In this document: positions 1 through 8,376 of the stretch, piece after piece
Layout of the letters: every line of letters starts with the position of its first letter
Position numbering within the stretch: the first letter of the stretch is position 1
Assembly (NCBI GenBank): GCA_030149205.1
Contig: JASBSB010000006.1
Span: forward strand, 570,001 to 602,000
Direction: 5' to 3'
Origin: Candidatus Heimdallarchaeota archaeon
Lineage (GTDB): Archaea > Asgardarchaeota > Heimdallarchaeia > Heimdallarchaeales > Kariarchaeaceae
DNA: 32,000 nt
Position numbers and translations under genes: made by a program
Notes under the pieces: generated by a model
Database searches by the model: none
The model's input: only the letters and a program-made list of their open reading frames with translations
Told to the model about the DNA's origin: nothing

Positions 1-817
1 TTATTCTAATCTTTGGAATTACAACTCTTGAAATGATTTTGTCAGATTTGTTAAAACTTTCTACCTTTAAGACTTGGAAAGGCTCATAGATTCTTCCATT
101 TTTAAAAAGTGTTGTACTTTCAAAAATAACCTGTTTCATCGGAAATATTTGTGATAGGAGGTTATATGTTCTTATCCCTTTAAACCATATTGGGATTAAA
201 ATTAAATCAGTTTTTATTCCTTCTTCAACAAAAAATAAATTGTGAAATTTTTGTTCGTATACCCAAATAATGTTGAATGAAACTATATTCCTAGAAACAT
301 ATATTTTTGACCCTTTTTTTAATTCATACCTTACCTTAAACTCACGTCTCCAAAGAAATTTATGTGTGGCATTTATTTGCAAACTATCTTCCTTATCTTT
401 GATTGACAATAAACTTTCATAAGGTTCTTGAGCAATTATAAGTACAAGAAAACTAAAATAAGATCCACTAATACTAAAAGTAATGAATGAGAAGGACAGA
501 TACAATGACCTGTTGACCAACAAGATGCCAATCACAATAATAGTCCCCAATAGCCCTCCATAACCCACCGCAAACTTATGTGAATAAAAACCCAAACCTG
601 TTAAAGTATTAGGAAGAAAAAATAATATTAATAAGAACAGTAGTAAATTAAGAATAATCATTGAAATTTGCCAGTTTAGGTCTGTTAGGTTTAAAAATTG
701 ATCTAATGCATATAATCCAGCACTTAAAGCTCCTAAATAAACTATAATTATAAACGACAGTAAAGAAACATGAAATGAATACCCTCTAAATAACTGAATT
801 TTTTTTATTGTATCCAT
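1..817 (-). CDS. Hypothetical membrane protein, 3' end runs off the window (about 4 N-terminal TM segments plus a soluble C-terminal region)
   Basis: Manual translation: ATG at 817 (preceded by AGGA, in-frame TAG upstream), MDTIKKIQLFRGYSFHVSLLSFIIIVYLGALS..., open for 272 codons to position 1. Absent from the ORF track, probably because the stop lies outside the window. Confidence 0.8.
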   Translation of the reverse strand, partial: MDTIKKIQLFRGYSFHVSLLSFIIIVYLGALSAGLYALDQFLNLTDLNWQISMIILNLLLFLLILFFLPNTLTGLGFYSHKFAVGYGGLLGTIIVIGILLVNRSLYLSFSFITFSISGSYFSFLVLIIAQEPYESLLSIKDKEDSLQINATHKFLWRREFKVRYELKKGSKIYVSRNIVSFNIIWVYEQKFHNLFFVEEGIKTDLILIPIWFKGIRTYNLLSQIFPMKQVIFESTTLFKNGRIYEPFQVLKVESFNKSDKIISRVVIPKIRI

Positions 818-1075
818 TTTTCCTATCTTTGAAATTTTATAGAACTTCTAATAAAATTATTGTTTTAGGGGTGAATAGTAGGAGGTTATCTCTCATTTAA
901 GTGAATCAACATCTTTTTGTAGCCTATACCAAGGAGAAATGTAAGGGTGGAACAAATTTTGAATTTATAAAAAATTGCTTAATCAAATTTTGAAATTTTA
1001 GATTCTCTGATTTTTAGTTTTTAAATTCTGATATATTCTGATAAATTTTGAAACTTTTTTAATCTTAACAAATAT

Positions 1076-1228
1076 ATGTCATTATGGGAGATACTAGGTT
1101 GGGGTGCTTTAATAGTTGCTCTTGGTGCATTGGTGATAGCTTCAGCCCCTGTACAAGTAAATCCAGCAGTAAGTCTTATTTTTTGGATACTCTGGACGTA
1201 TGGTTTAGGTCAAGACCTATCTGATTGA
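1076..1228 (+). CDS. Small 50-aa hydrophobic protein (two-helix membrane hairpin)
   Basis: Manual translation MSLWEILGWGALIVALGALVIASAPVQVNPAVSLIFWILWTYGLGQDLSD*. Two hydrophobic stretches separated by PVQVNP; a GC-richer island in an AT-rich intergenic region; shorter than any ORF in the track. Confidence 0.6.
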   Translation: MSLWEILGWGALIVALGALVIASAPVQVNPAVSLIFWILWTYGLGQDLSD

Positions 1229-1365
1229 CCCTAATCATTTTTATTACAATCGCAAATATAATTTTAGTTTAGCATACTATAACTAATTAATGAAAAAAAG
1301 GATTTTTGACATAAACTTAATTCGGATATTGAATTAGGGGGTGAGGACTAAAAGAATTTAGATTT

Positions 1366-2199
1366 TCATCCATTCTCAGTTTCTTTTAAAATTCTAGCAT
1401 ATTTCATAATATCAGCAGCGGCATTTCCCCACTCTTGTGTGTCCGCTGTTCCCTGATAAAATAAAACGATAGAATTTGCAAATGCGAATAAACCGGCTAG
1501 AGACCAGATGAAGGTAAGACTAAAAGCAATTAAAGTCAAAATCAAGCTGAATAATAGTCCTGAGCTAGAAACAGCACCTAATTGAAAAACCACGGATGGA
1601 TAATTCACAAGAAGGGATGACTCATCTTTTATTGGGTTTTTACTTTGATAATTTTCAGATAGACCATAGTGTTTTATCATCAAAGGTCTGACAATTTCCT
1701 TAAAAGATATGGTTGTCAAGAAGATTGGAAAAATTGGAACAATAAGGATCTTTAGTTCCTTGGTTTGTATGCCATTGGATAGGGCAAACAATAATTTACC
1801 AAGATCATGGCAGAATGAAGAGAAAAACAGAAAAAAAATAAAATAGATAAGGAAGGGTGATCCAAGGGGGTTAAGAAATTCCTGTAATTTGTCTGCGAAC
1901 CTTAAAATGAAGACTATGATAGCTCCTGATACAGCAAATAGTACAAGAGTAACTGACAACACATTATGTTTTAAAATTTTAAAGGACAGATTTCCAATTG
2001 CAGCCCAGAAATTAGAAATGGGGGGCTTACTAGCCTGATAAGAAGAAAGATCAAGTTTTATACTGAATGGGGTAAAGGTTATTTTTCGCAATTGAATCTC
2101 CTTAACCCATAAAATTGAGAGAAGAAAACAAAGAGAGACTGAGAAAATTACGTATGGGACAAATGTTGTAAACAAAAAATACATGTTTGAACCCGTCAT
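1366..2199 (-). CDS. Membrane protein resembling the site-2 protease (M50/S2P) family, catalytic motif degenerate
   Basis: Multiple TM segments. FFSSFCHDLGKLLFALSNGIQTKELKILIVPIFP aligns by eye with the S2P HExGH helix and following strand, but HExxH reads HDLGK and no NxxPxxxxDG motif is present. Confidence 0.55.
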   Translation of the reverse strand: MTGSNMYFLFTTFVPYVIFSVSLCFLLSILWVKEIQLRKITFTPFSIKLDLSSYQASKPPISNFWAAIGNLSFKILKHNVLSVTLVLFAVSGAIIVFILRFADKLQEFLNPLGSPFLIYFIFFLFFSSFCHDLGKLLFALSNGIQTKELKILIVPIFPIFLTTISFKEIVRPLMIKHYGLSENYQSKNPIKDESSLLVNYPSVVFQLGAVSSSGLLFSLILTLIAFSLTFIWSLAGLFAFANSIVLFYQGTADTQEWGNAAADIMKYARILKETENG

Positions 2200-2846
2200 A
2201 CTGTAGCTCCTTCATTAAATAAATAGAATTATTACTATTTAATTCCTGCTATTTTTATATGTTAATAGTAACATTTGTTAATATATGTGGAACTACCGGA
2301 TACTAAAAAATTCTTGATTTAAAGCCTTTAAATTTAAATTTTAGAAAGAAAGATGTTAGAATCACAAACTAGGGATTTAACTATCTCCATCTTCTCTGAC
2401 TTATTTCTGTCAAGGAAATCCTAATTGACTATAGAGACCTTATTTTTCTTCCAACAACGCTTATTCCAGTTGTACTACATATATGTTCAACTAGAATTAG
2501 AGCAATATATACGTGATTTCAATTATGATTAAAATTAAAGTTATTCGAATTCAAATCTGATAATCTCTAAAAAAAAAAAGCGACATGACATAAATGAAAG
2601 TCACAAATTGAATTATCCTTCAGAGATGGAACTAACTCATTGGACTAAAAATAATCAAGAGATCCAATGAAAGTAATTTAGAAAGGAGATTGAAGGATGC
2701 AAGAGCATATTAATTATTTGAGTCCATCTGAAACACTCAGTAAACCTATAGCTCTGGTTTTCTAAAAAATATTACTTTCAATCAACTCTCTCAGTGTGGG
2801 TAAACTTTATACCTATGGAGAGGGGGTAATTCTTAGGCGAAATTAA

Positions 2847-4145
2847 TTGGCAAAGAAGAAAGCAGAGGAAAAAGATGTAATAGTAATTGAGGCAGATCAG
2901 TCACTTGAAGCATTAACAGATATTCCTGTTAGTGAACCAATAGCGCAAGGAGTCAAACCAGACAAGATGAAATTAACTGATGTCCCTGGTCTTGGGCCAA
3001 AAACAGCATCTCTACTTGAAGAAGGAGGTGTCACAAATCCCCAACAGTTAATGGAAAAGCAATTAGGTGAATTAGAAGCTCTAGGTGTAAACAGACCAAT
3101 TGCTAAAAAACTTAAGTCTAGCATCGTTGAACTATTCCCAGATTTGTATGAGGCATATACTGAGGAAATGAGTTTGGAAGATATAGAAGGTATAGGACCA
3201 ACAACAGCCAAATCCCTAAGAGAAAAAGGTGTTAGCCTCGGTTTACTTGAGACAACTCCTGTAAAGGAGCTTGAGGAAAGATATGGATTGACAACAGCTG
3301 CAGCCACAAAATATCAATCTTTTATCACAGAGAATATTAGAGGAGGTTTCTTTACTAACGCTTTCGAGGTGTTAGAACAACAAAAATCTGCGAAAACCTT
3401 TACCTTTGGTGTTGAGAGTTTAGACAATTTAACTTTCGTTGAGGAACTTGGTGTAGGTGGTGTCAGGCTTGGTGATACCTACGAATTTTTTGGTGCGTTT
3501 AGATCTGGAAAATCACAACTCTGTCATCAGCTTGCTGTTGCGGTTCAACTTCCAGAAAAGCTTGGTGGACTTGGAAAAAAGGCAATCTATATTGACACTG
3601 AGGGAACATTTTCTCCAGCAAGAATAGCACAGATAACTGAAGGTTTCAAGAAGGAAAAAGGTTGGAAAGTTGAAGTAGACGATGTTCTCAAAAATGTAAT
3701 GTATGCCCGAGCAAAGAACAGTGACATCCAACAAGCTATTGTGATTAAACTTTTAGAAATTTTAAGTCAATCACCAGATGAATACGGAATACTAATTTTA
3801 GATTCTGTAACCGCTCACTTTAGAGCTGAATATTCCGGGAGAGGTACACTTGCAGACAGACAACAAACACTGAATGGTCATCTTAACACTCTCCACAGAT
3901 TAGCAGACACATATAATATTGCAATAGTCGTTACAAATCAGGTTCAAGCGAACCCAGCTCAATTTTTTGGTGATCCAACCACTGCTGTTGGAGGAAACAT
4001 TATGGGTCATTGGGCAGGTACAAGATTTTACCTGAGAAAATCAAAGGGTGATAAAAGAGTTATCCGTGTATTTGACAGCCCAGTGCTCGCAGAAAGCGAA
4101 GCTGTATTTGAAATAACAACTCATGGATTGATTACTTCAGAATAA
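2847..4145 (+). CDS. radA: DNA repair and recombination protein RadA (Rad51/DMC1 family) with an extended N-terminus carrying two HhH domains
   Basis: Walker A GAFRSGKS, YIDTEGTFSPARI, Walker B ILILDS, FRAEYSGRGTLADRQQ and VVTNQVQANP..FFGDP...GGNIMGH are canonical RadA motifs. TTG start at 2847; alternative ATG at 2967. Confidence 0.95.
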   Translation: MAKKKAEEKDVIVIEADQSLEALTDIPVSEPIAQGVKPDKMKLTDVPGLGPKTASLLEEGGVTNPQQLMEKQLGELEALGVNRPIAKKLKSSIVELFPDLYEAYTEEMSLEDIEGIGPTTAKSLREKGVSLGLLETTPVKELEERYGLTTAAATKYQSFITENIRGGFFTNAFEVLEQQKSAKTFTFGVESLDNLTFVEELGVGGVRLGDTYEFFGAFRSGKSQLCHQLAVAVQLPEKLGGLGKKAIYIDTEGTFSPARIAQITEGFKKEKGWKVEVDDVLKNVMYARAKNSDIQQAIVIKLLEILSQSPDEYGILILDSVTAHFRAEYSGRGTLADRQQTLNGHLNTLHRLADTYNIAIVVTNQVQANPAQFFGDPTTAVGGNIMGHWAGTRFYLRKSKGDKRVIRVFDSPVLAESEAVFEITTHGLITSE

Positions 4146-4190
4146 TCCCTGTTACGAAACCCTTTTTTGTTTTAACTCATAATACTAATT

Positions 4191-4727
4191 ATGAAGAAAA
4201 AGCCAACATTAACTTGCGAATTTTGTGGCGAACCAATCCATGGTGAAGGATACACAATAAAGGTCGAAGGTGCACTCTTGAAAGTCTGTTCAAAGTGTAA
4301 ATCGTACGGTAACATCGTTGAAAGCCCCTCTACACCTAAGAAACAGTTTAATCAATCAAGTTATCCTGGTTCACGGAGGGTACAATCTGTGAGTAACCCC
4401 CCTAACAGATACAGAGGGAGTGCAAAACCAGTTTCAACTGTTTCGCTAAAAGAAAACTATGATGAACTAATCAGGGGTCAGCGAACCAAGTTAAAGATGA
4501 CTCGAAAAGATTTAGCTGCAAAAACTGGAATCTCTGTCAGTCAGTTATCCTCATTTGAGACAGGAAAACTTCAACCCACAGACTCTGAGTCTAAAAAGTT
4601 GGAGCGTACATTAAACATATCATTATTTGAAGAAATGTCTGTCGTACCTGAACATCAACAAACAAAAGAAAAAAAGAAGACCACATTCGGTGATATAGTT
4701 ACAATCAAAAGAAGAAGTGAAGAATAA
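4191..4727 (+). CDS. mbf1: Archaeal multiprotein bridging factor 1 (zinc ribbon + Cro/C1 HTH)
   Basis: N-terminal CEFCG...VEGALLKVCSKC zinc ribbon, HTH (MTRKDLAAKTGISVSQLSSFETGKLQP), C-terminal TTFGDIV typical of aMBF1. Confidence 0.9.
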   Translation: MKKKPTLTCEFCGEPIHGEGYTIKVEGALLKVCSKCKSYGNIVESPSTPKKQFNQSSYPGSRRVQSVSNPPNRYRGSAKPVSTVSLKENYDELIRGQRTKLKMTRKDLAAKTGISVSQLSSFETGKLQPTDSESKKLERTLNISLFEEMSVVPEHQQTKEKKKTTFGDIVTIKRRSEE

Positions 4728-4788
4728 AGAAAAACTATCTAACTCACAGTACTCCCCAGTTTTATCGAATTTTCCAAAGTTATTTACT

Positions 4789-5661
4789 CTAAAACCTAAC
4801 AAACAATAAAGATGAACCAACCAAAATTATAACAATCCCAAATAGCCTCTCTTTCACCTTTTCTCCTAAATACAATTTTGCAAATAATGCTGTAACAAGA
4901 ACTGAAAGAAGGGATGCAGGTTCCGCTACTGTCACCTGTAGATTTTGAATTGCTATCAGGAGTAAGAGATAACTCCACCCATTTACTACTCCAGATAATA
5001 TCATAGTCCATGAACTTTTTTGAAACGTGCTTTTCGTTTCTCTAATATACTTCTTGGGGTTTATAATTAGGTTGAAGATCAGTAAATACAACCCTATAAA
5101 GAGATTTATGAAAAAAGCATAGATTTTCTCATCTGCATGTGAAATTGTTATGGTATCGATAATTCTACCAGTTGCCAGGAAAACAGACCCAAATATCATC
5201 AGCAAGGAACCTTTTGAGTTTCGGAGTGCTCTTAATCTGTTTTTCAACGACCCGGGATACAAAAGAAACATACCAGTGACTATTGTAAAGATTCCAATTA
5301 CTCTGTTGGTTGTAACAGCACCACGCAAAAATATAAAACTCAGCACCAGTAACCAAATTAACGCAAAATTATACAACGGAGCTATGATTGATGCCTCTTC
5401 AAGGGACAAAGCTTTTACATAGAGATAAAACCCAATTGCGTAAATAAGTGAACTTAGTGCTGCTGCATAAACTGCTGTAATTGGGAAATTTCCAATAACA
5501 GTTGTAAACATAAATGGGATGAGAAAAATAGCAGCCAACAGGAAGAACCAAGATGAAACAACAAGTGAAGAAAATTCTTTTAGTTTCCTAAGAAATATTC
5601 TTTCAGATCCTAAAAATAGAACCCTTCCAGCTAATGCAAAGACTCCTATTACGAAAGACAA
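4789..5661 (-). CDS. EamA/DMT family transporter (about 10 TM)
   Basis: 290 aa with two-repeat hydrophobic architecture: ALSLEEASIIAPL and LQVTVAEPASLLSVLVTALFAKLYLGEKV..RLFG. Confidence 0.88.
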   Translation of the reverse strand: MSFVIGVFALAGRVLFLGSERIFLRKLKEFSSLVVSSWFFLLAAIFLIPFMFTTVIGNFPITAVYAAALSSLIYAIGFYLYVKALSLEEASIIAPLYNFALIWLLVLSFIFLRGAVTTNRVIGIFTIVTGMFLLYPGSLKNRLRALRNSKGSLLMIFGSVFLATGRIIDTITISHADEKIYAFFINLFIGLYLLIFNLIINPKKYIRETKSTFQKSSWTMILSGVVNGWSYLLLLIAIQNLQVTVAEPASLLSVLVTALFAKLYLGEKVKERLFGIVIILVGSSLLFVRF

Positions 5662-5780
5662 CTAACCCCCTCAAAGATACATTGTTAATAAATATTCTTC
5701 AGACTTCTGGGTGATGAGGGTAATCAAGAAGAACAATTCCCGATGTACTCCAGCTTAAAACTTATGACCGACCACAAAAA

Positions 5781-6470
5781 TTGACAGTTGTGAAAATTGT
5801 CCTAAAGATTGGTGGCAGTATTCTCTTTGAGGATGGAAAAATCTCTACAAAAATTGTACAGAATTTCAAAGAAACATTAGAGAAGCTCAGAAATGAGGGT
5901 CACAAGATTGCTGTAATCATTGGTGGTGGGGAAATTGCAAGGGAATACGTAAGAGTGGCTGAAGAATTTAATGTCACTTACACCGCACAAGATGTCCTTG
6001 GTATTGAAGTATCAAGAATAAATGCACAACTATTCATCTCTATATTTCCAGAGGCCTATCCTCATCCACCAAGATCATATGAGGAGCTCAGAACAGCACT
6101 AAACCTTTCTGATTTTATCTTTATAGGGGGATTACAACCAGGTCAATCAACAAATGCTGTTGCCTCCCTTACAGCAGAGCAATTACAGGCAGATTTTCTC
6201 TTTAACTGTTCTGATGTCGACTATGTATATGACAAGGATCCGAATGAGTTCAAAGATGCAAAGCCATTACATAAATTGAAATATTCTGAATTTATTTCAA
6301 TTGTAACAAAGCTGGAACAGACCCCAGGAAAATACTCTCTCTTTGATGTGGTGGGTGCTAAAATTGTTGAAAGATCAAAATTAAAGCTCTGTTTTATTGA
6401 TGGAAGAACCCCTCAAGACATATTTGAAGTTATAAAAGGCAACTCGAAAGGTACGATAGTTCATGGCTAA
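5781..6470 (+). CDS. pyrH: UMP kinase (archaeal type)
   Basis: KIVLKIGGS, VIIGGGEIAREY, GGLQPGQSTNAVA, DVDYVYDKDP. The in-frame GTG at 5790 (giving MKIVLKIGGS) is a plausible true start. Confidence 0.93.
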   Translation: MTVVKIVLKIGGSILFEDGKISTKIVQNFKETLEKLRNEGHKIAVIIGGGEIAREYVRVAEEFNVTYTAQDVLGIEVSRINAQLFISIFPEAYPHPPRSYEELRTALNLSDFIFIGGLQPGQSTNAVASLTAEQLQADFLFNCSDVDYVYDKDPNEFKDAKPLHKLKYSEFISIVTKLEQTPGKYSLFDVVGAKIVERSKLKLCFIDGRTPQDIFEVIKGNSKGTIVHG

Positions 6471-6999
6471 ACTGGCAGTATTAAGATTAGATCACAGAAT
6501 ACAAAGAGACCATAGGATGACAACGCATGTAGGGTTGGTCGCAAGAGCATTTGGTGCTGAAGTCTACGCATACACAGGAGATAAAGACAGTAGCTTTGAA
6601 GAATCTTTGAGAGACGTTATAAGAAGATGGGGAGGAAACATGAGTGTCGAACATGTCTCAAGCAGTACCAGGTTCATAAACGCCTGGAAAGGAATTACAA
6701 TTCACCTGACTATGTACGGTGAACATCATAAGAAAACCGTTGAAACAATACAAAACCACCTTTTTAATGAAAATATTTTGGTTGTGGTCGGTGGAGCAAA
6801 GGTTCCTCCAAAAATCTATGAACTCGCAGATTTTAATACTGCCGTAGGACTTCAACCCCACAGTGAGATTTCAGCTTTGGGAATTTTCTTGAATGATCTA
6901 CTAGGTTCTGATACACTATACCAGCACTTTCCTTCTGCAATGTTTGAACTCCCAGAGGGAGCTAAAGCTACAAGAAAAGATAGATATAAAGGAATCTAA
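6463..6999 (+). CDS. trm56: tRNA (cytidine(56)-2'-O)-methyltransferase (SPOUT family)
   Basis: LRLDHRIQRDHRMTTHVGLVARAFGA, VHLTMYG-like IHLTMYG, VVVGGAKVPPKIYELADFN.AVGLQPHSEISAL; overlaps the pyrH stop by 8 bp. Confidence 0.93.
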   Translation: MAKLAVLRLDHRIQRDHRMTTHVGLVARAFGAEVYAYTGDKDSSFEESLRDVIRRWGGNMSVEHVSSSTRFINAWKGITIHLTMYGEHHKKTVETIQNHLFNENILVVVGGAKVPPKIYELADFNTAVGLQPHSEISALGIFLNDLLGSDTLYQHFPSAMFELPEGAKATRKDRYKGI

Positions 7000-7096
7000 T
7001 TGCTCACATAATATGCATCAGATTTTATGGCAATTAATTAGTTTTTACGTAAGTATTTAGATTAATTTATAGGGCAAAAAATACCAATAAGAATAT

Positions 7097-7342
7097 ATGA
7101 AAATTCAAGTAGTGTCTGCTATTGGTGGCGGTGCACCTATTGATATTGAAGTAGAACCTCATGACACAGTAGCAAAAGTTAAGGCAATGGTTGCCCAAGA
7201 AAAAAGAATCCCAGCAAGTACAGTCATTGTTGTATTTAGGGGTCAACAACTCGATGATTCAGAGACACTAAAGGCGATTGGTATGGTAGATGGTGATAAA
7301 TGCTATCTAATTACCAGGACTGAAGGTGGACTTGAATATTAA
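7097..7342 (+). CDS. Ubiquitin-like modifier precursor (beta-grasp; di-Gly at residues 77-78 followed by LEY)
   Basis: EVEPHDTVAKVKA, IP, FRGQQLDDSETL and R..GG align with eukaryotic ubiquitin (EVEPSDTIENVKA, IP, FAGKQLEDGRTL, RLRGG). Its stop abuts the E1 start. Confidence 0.92.
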   Translation: MKIQVVSAIGGGAPIDIEVEPHDTVAKVKAMVAQEKRIPASTVIVVFRGQQLDDSETLKAIGMVDGDKCYLITRTEGGLEY

Positions 7343-8320
7343 ATGGATGACCGGTACAATAGACAACAACTTATCCCCGATTGGAATCAAGACGCTTTAA
7401 AAAACTCAACTGTCTTGGTATTAGGTGTCGGGGCCACAGGATCTTATTTAGCAACTAATGTAATTTTGGCTGGGGTCGGAAAACTAATACTCGTTGACTT
7501 TGATACAATTGAATTATCAAATCTTAACAGACAATTATTGTTTACAGAAGCAGATATTGGTAAAAATAAAGCGATGGTTGCAAAAGAAAAGCTACAGGTA
7601 TTGAATCCAGATTCTACAATTATATCATTCCCTCAAGCCATGGAAAAACTACCAAAGGAGTTACTCAAAGGAATAAATGTGATTGCATGTTGTTTAGATA
7701 CTTTTAAGGGGAGAAGATGGGCGAATTCACTCGCAATTCGAGAGGGGGTCCCTATAATTAATGGAGGCATGTATGGATTTTTAGGTGATGTTCAAACTAT
7801 AATCCCAAACGTGACACCGTGTTTTGAGTGTCAACCATTGATTTCACAAGAAAAATTATCTCAGGCATGTTCTCCACTTGGAGAAGCCAGAATTGGGATG
7901 GAAAAACCTGAAGCACCTTTACCCTCTGTTTCAACACTCTCCTCAATTATTGCTGGATTGATGTCACAAGAAATATTGAAAATTCTAATGGATATCGGGA
8001 AACCTATTGAAAACTTCATGTTTTATGACGGTTTAAACCAAGAATTCACAAAATTACAGTTGAAAAGAAATGAAAACTGTCCTATCTGCGGTTCAAAATT
8101 TGAATTGGAAGAGCGAGAGGCATTAGTTTTTGAAAATGAGGATGTTAAAGACTTAAGAATGAGAATAGCTTTGGCATTTGGACTTGCGCAACCAATGTTG
8201 ATTGTAAAGGGGAAGATTTTAGTAGATGAACAGAGGGTGGAGCTTGAAAATGGGACAAAGATATTTGTCTCTGATGAAAGATTAGCGAAGCCTATCTCAG
8301 TTAAAGTAAAAGTTGAATAA
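7343..8320 (+). CDS. E1-like ubiquitin-activating enzyme (ThiF/MoeB/UBA adenylation domain, Zn-binding CxxC pairs, C-terminal small domain)
   Basis: RYNRQ, GVGATG nucleotide-binding loop, DFDTIELSNLNRQ, CFEC and CPIC zinc ligands, candidate catalytic Cys176 (SQACSP), and about 75 extra C-terminal residues. Directly follows the Ubl gene. Confidence 0.9.
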   Translation: MDDRYNRQQLIPDWNQDALKNSTVLVLGVGATGSYLATNVILAGVGKLILVDFDTIELSNLNRQLLFTEADIGKNKAMVAKEKLQVLNPDSTIISFPQAMEKLPKELLKGINVIACCLDTFKGRRWANSLAIREGVPIINGGMYGFLGDVQTIIPNVTPCFECQPLISQEKLSQACSPLGEARIGMEKPEAPLPSVSTLSSIIAGLMSQEILKILMDIGKPIENFMFYDGLNQEFTKLQLKRNENCPICGSKFELEEREALVFENEDVKDLRMRIALAFGLAQPMLIVKGKILVDEQRVELENGTKIFVSDERLAKPISVKVKVE

Positions 8321-8376
8321 CAGCCTTATATTAAATTTAACAGTATCGTTTTCAAATAAATGAATTTCAGGTCTTT

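Noticed and set aside
2200-2846. Long intergenic region before radA with an A11 run (2569-2579) and a few ORFs under 40 codons
   Set aside because: No convincing coding signal, RNA structure or repeat found; treated as a divergent promoter region.
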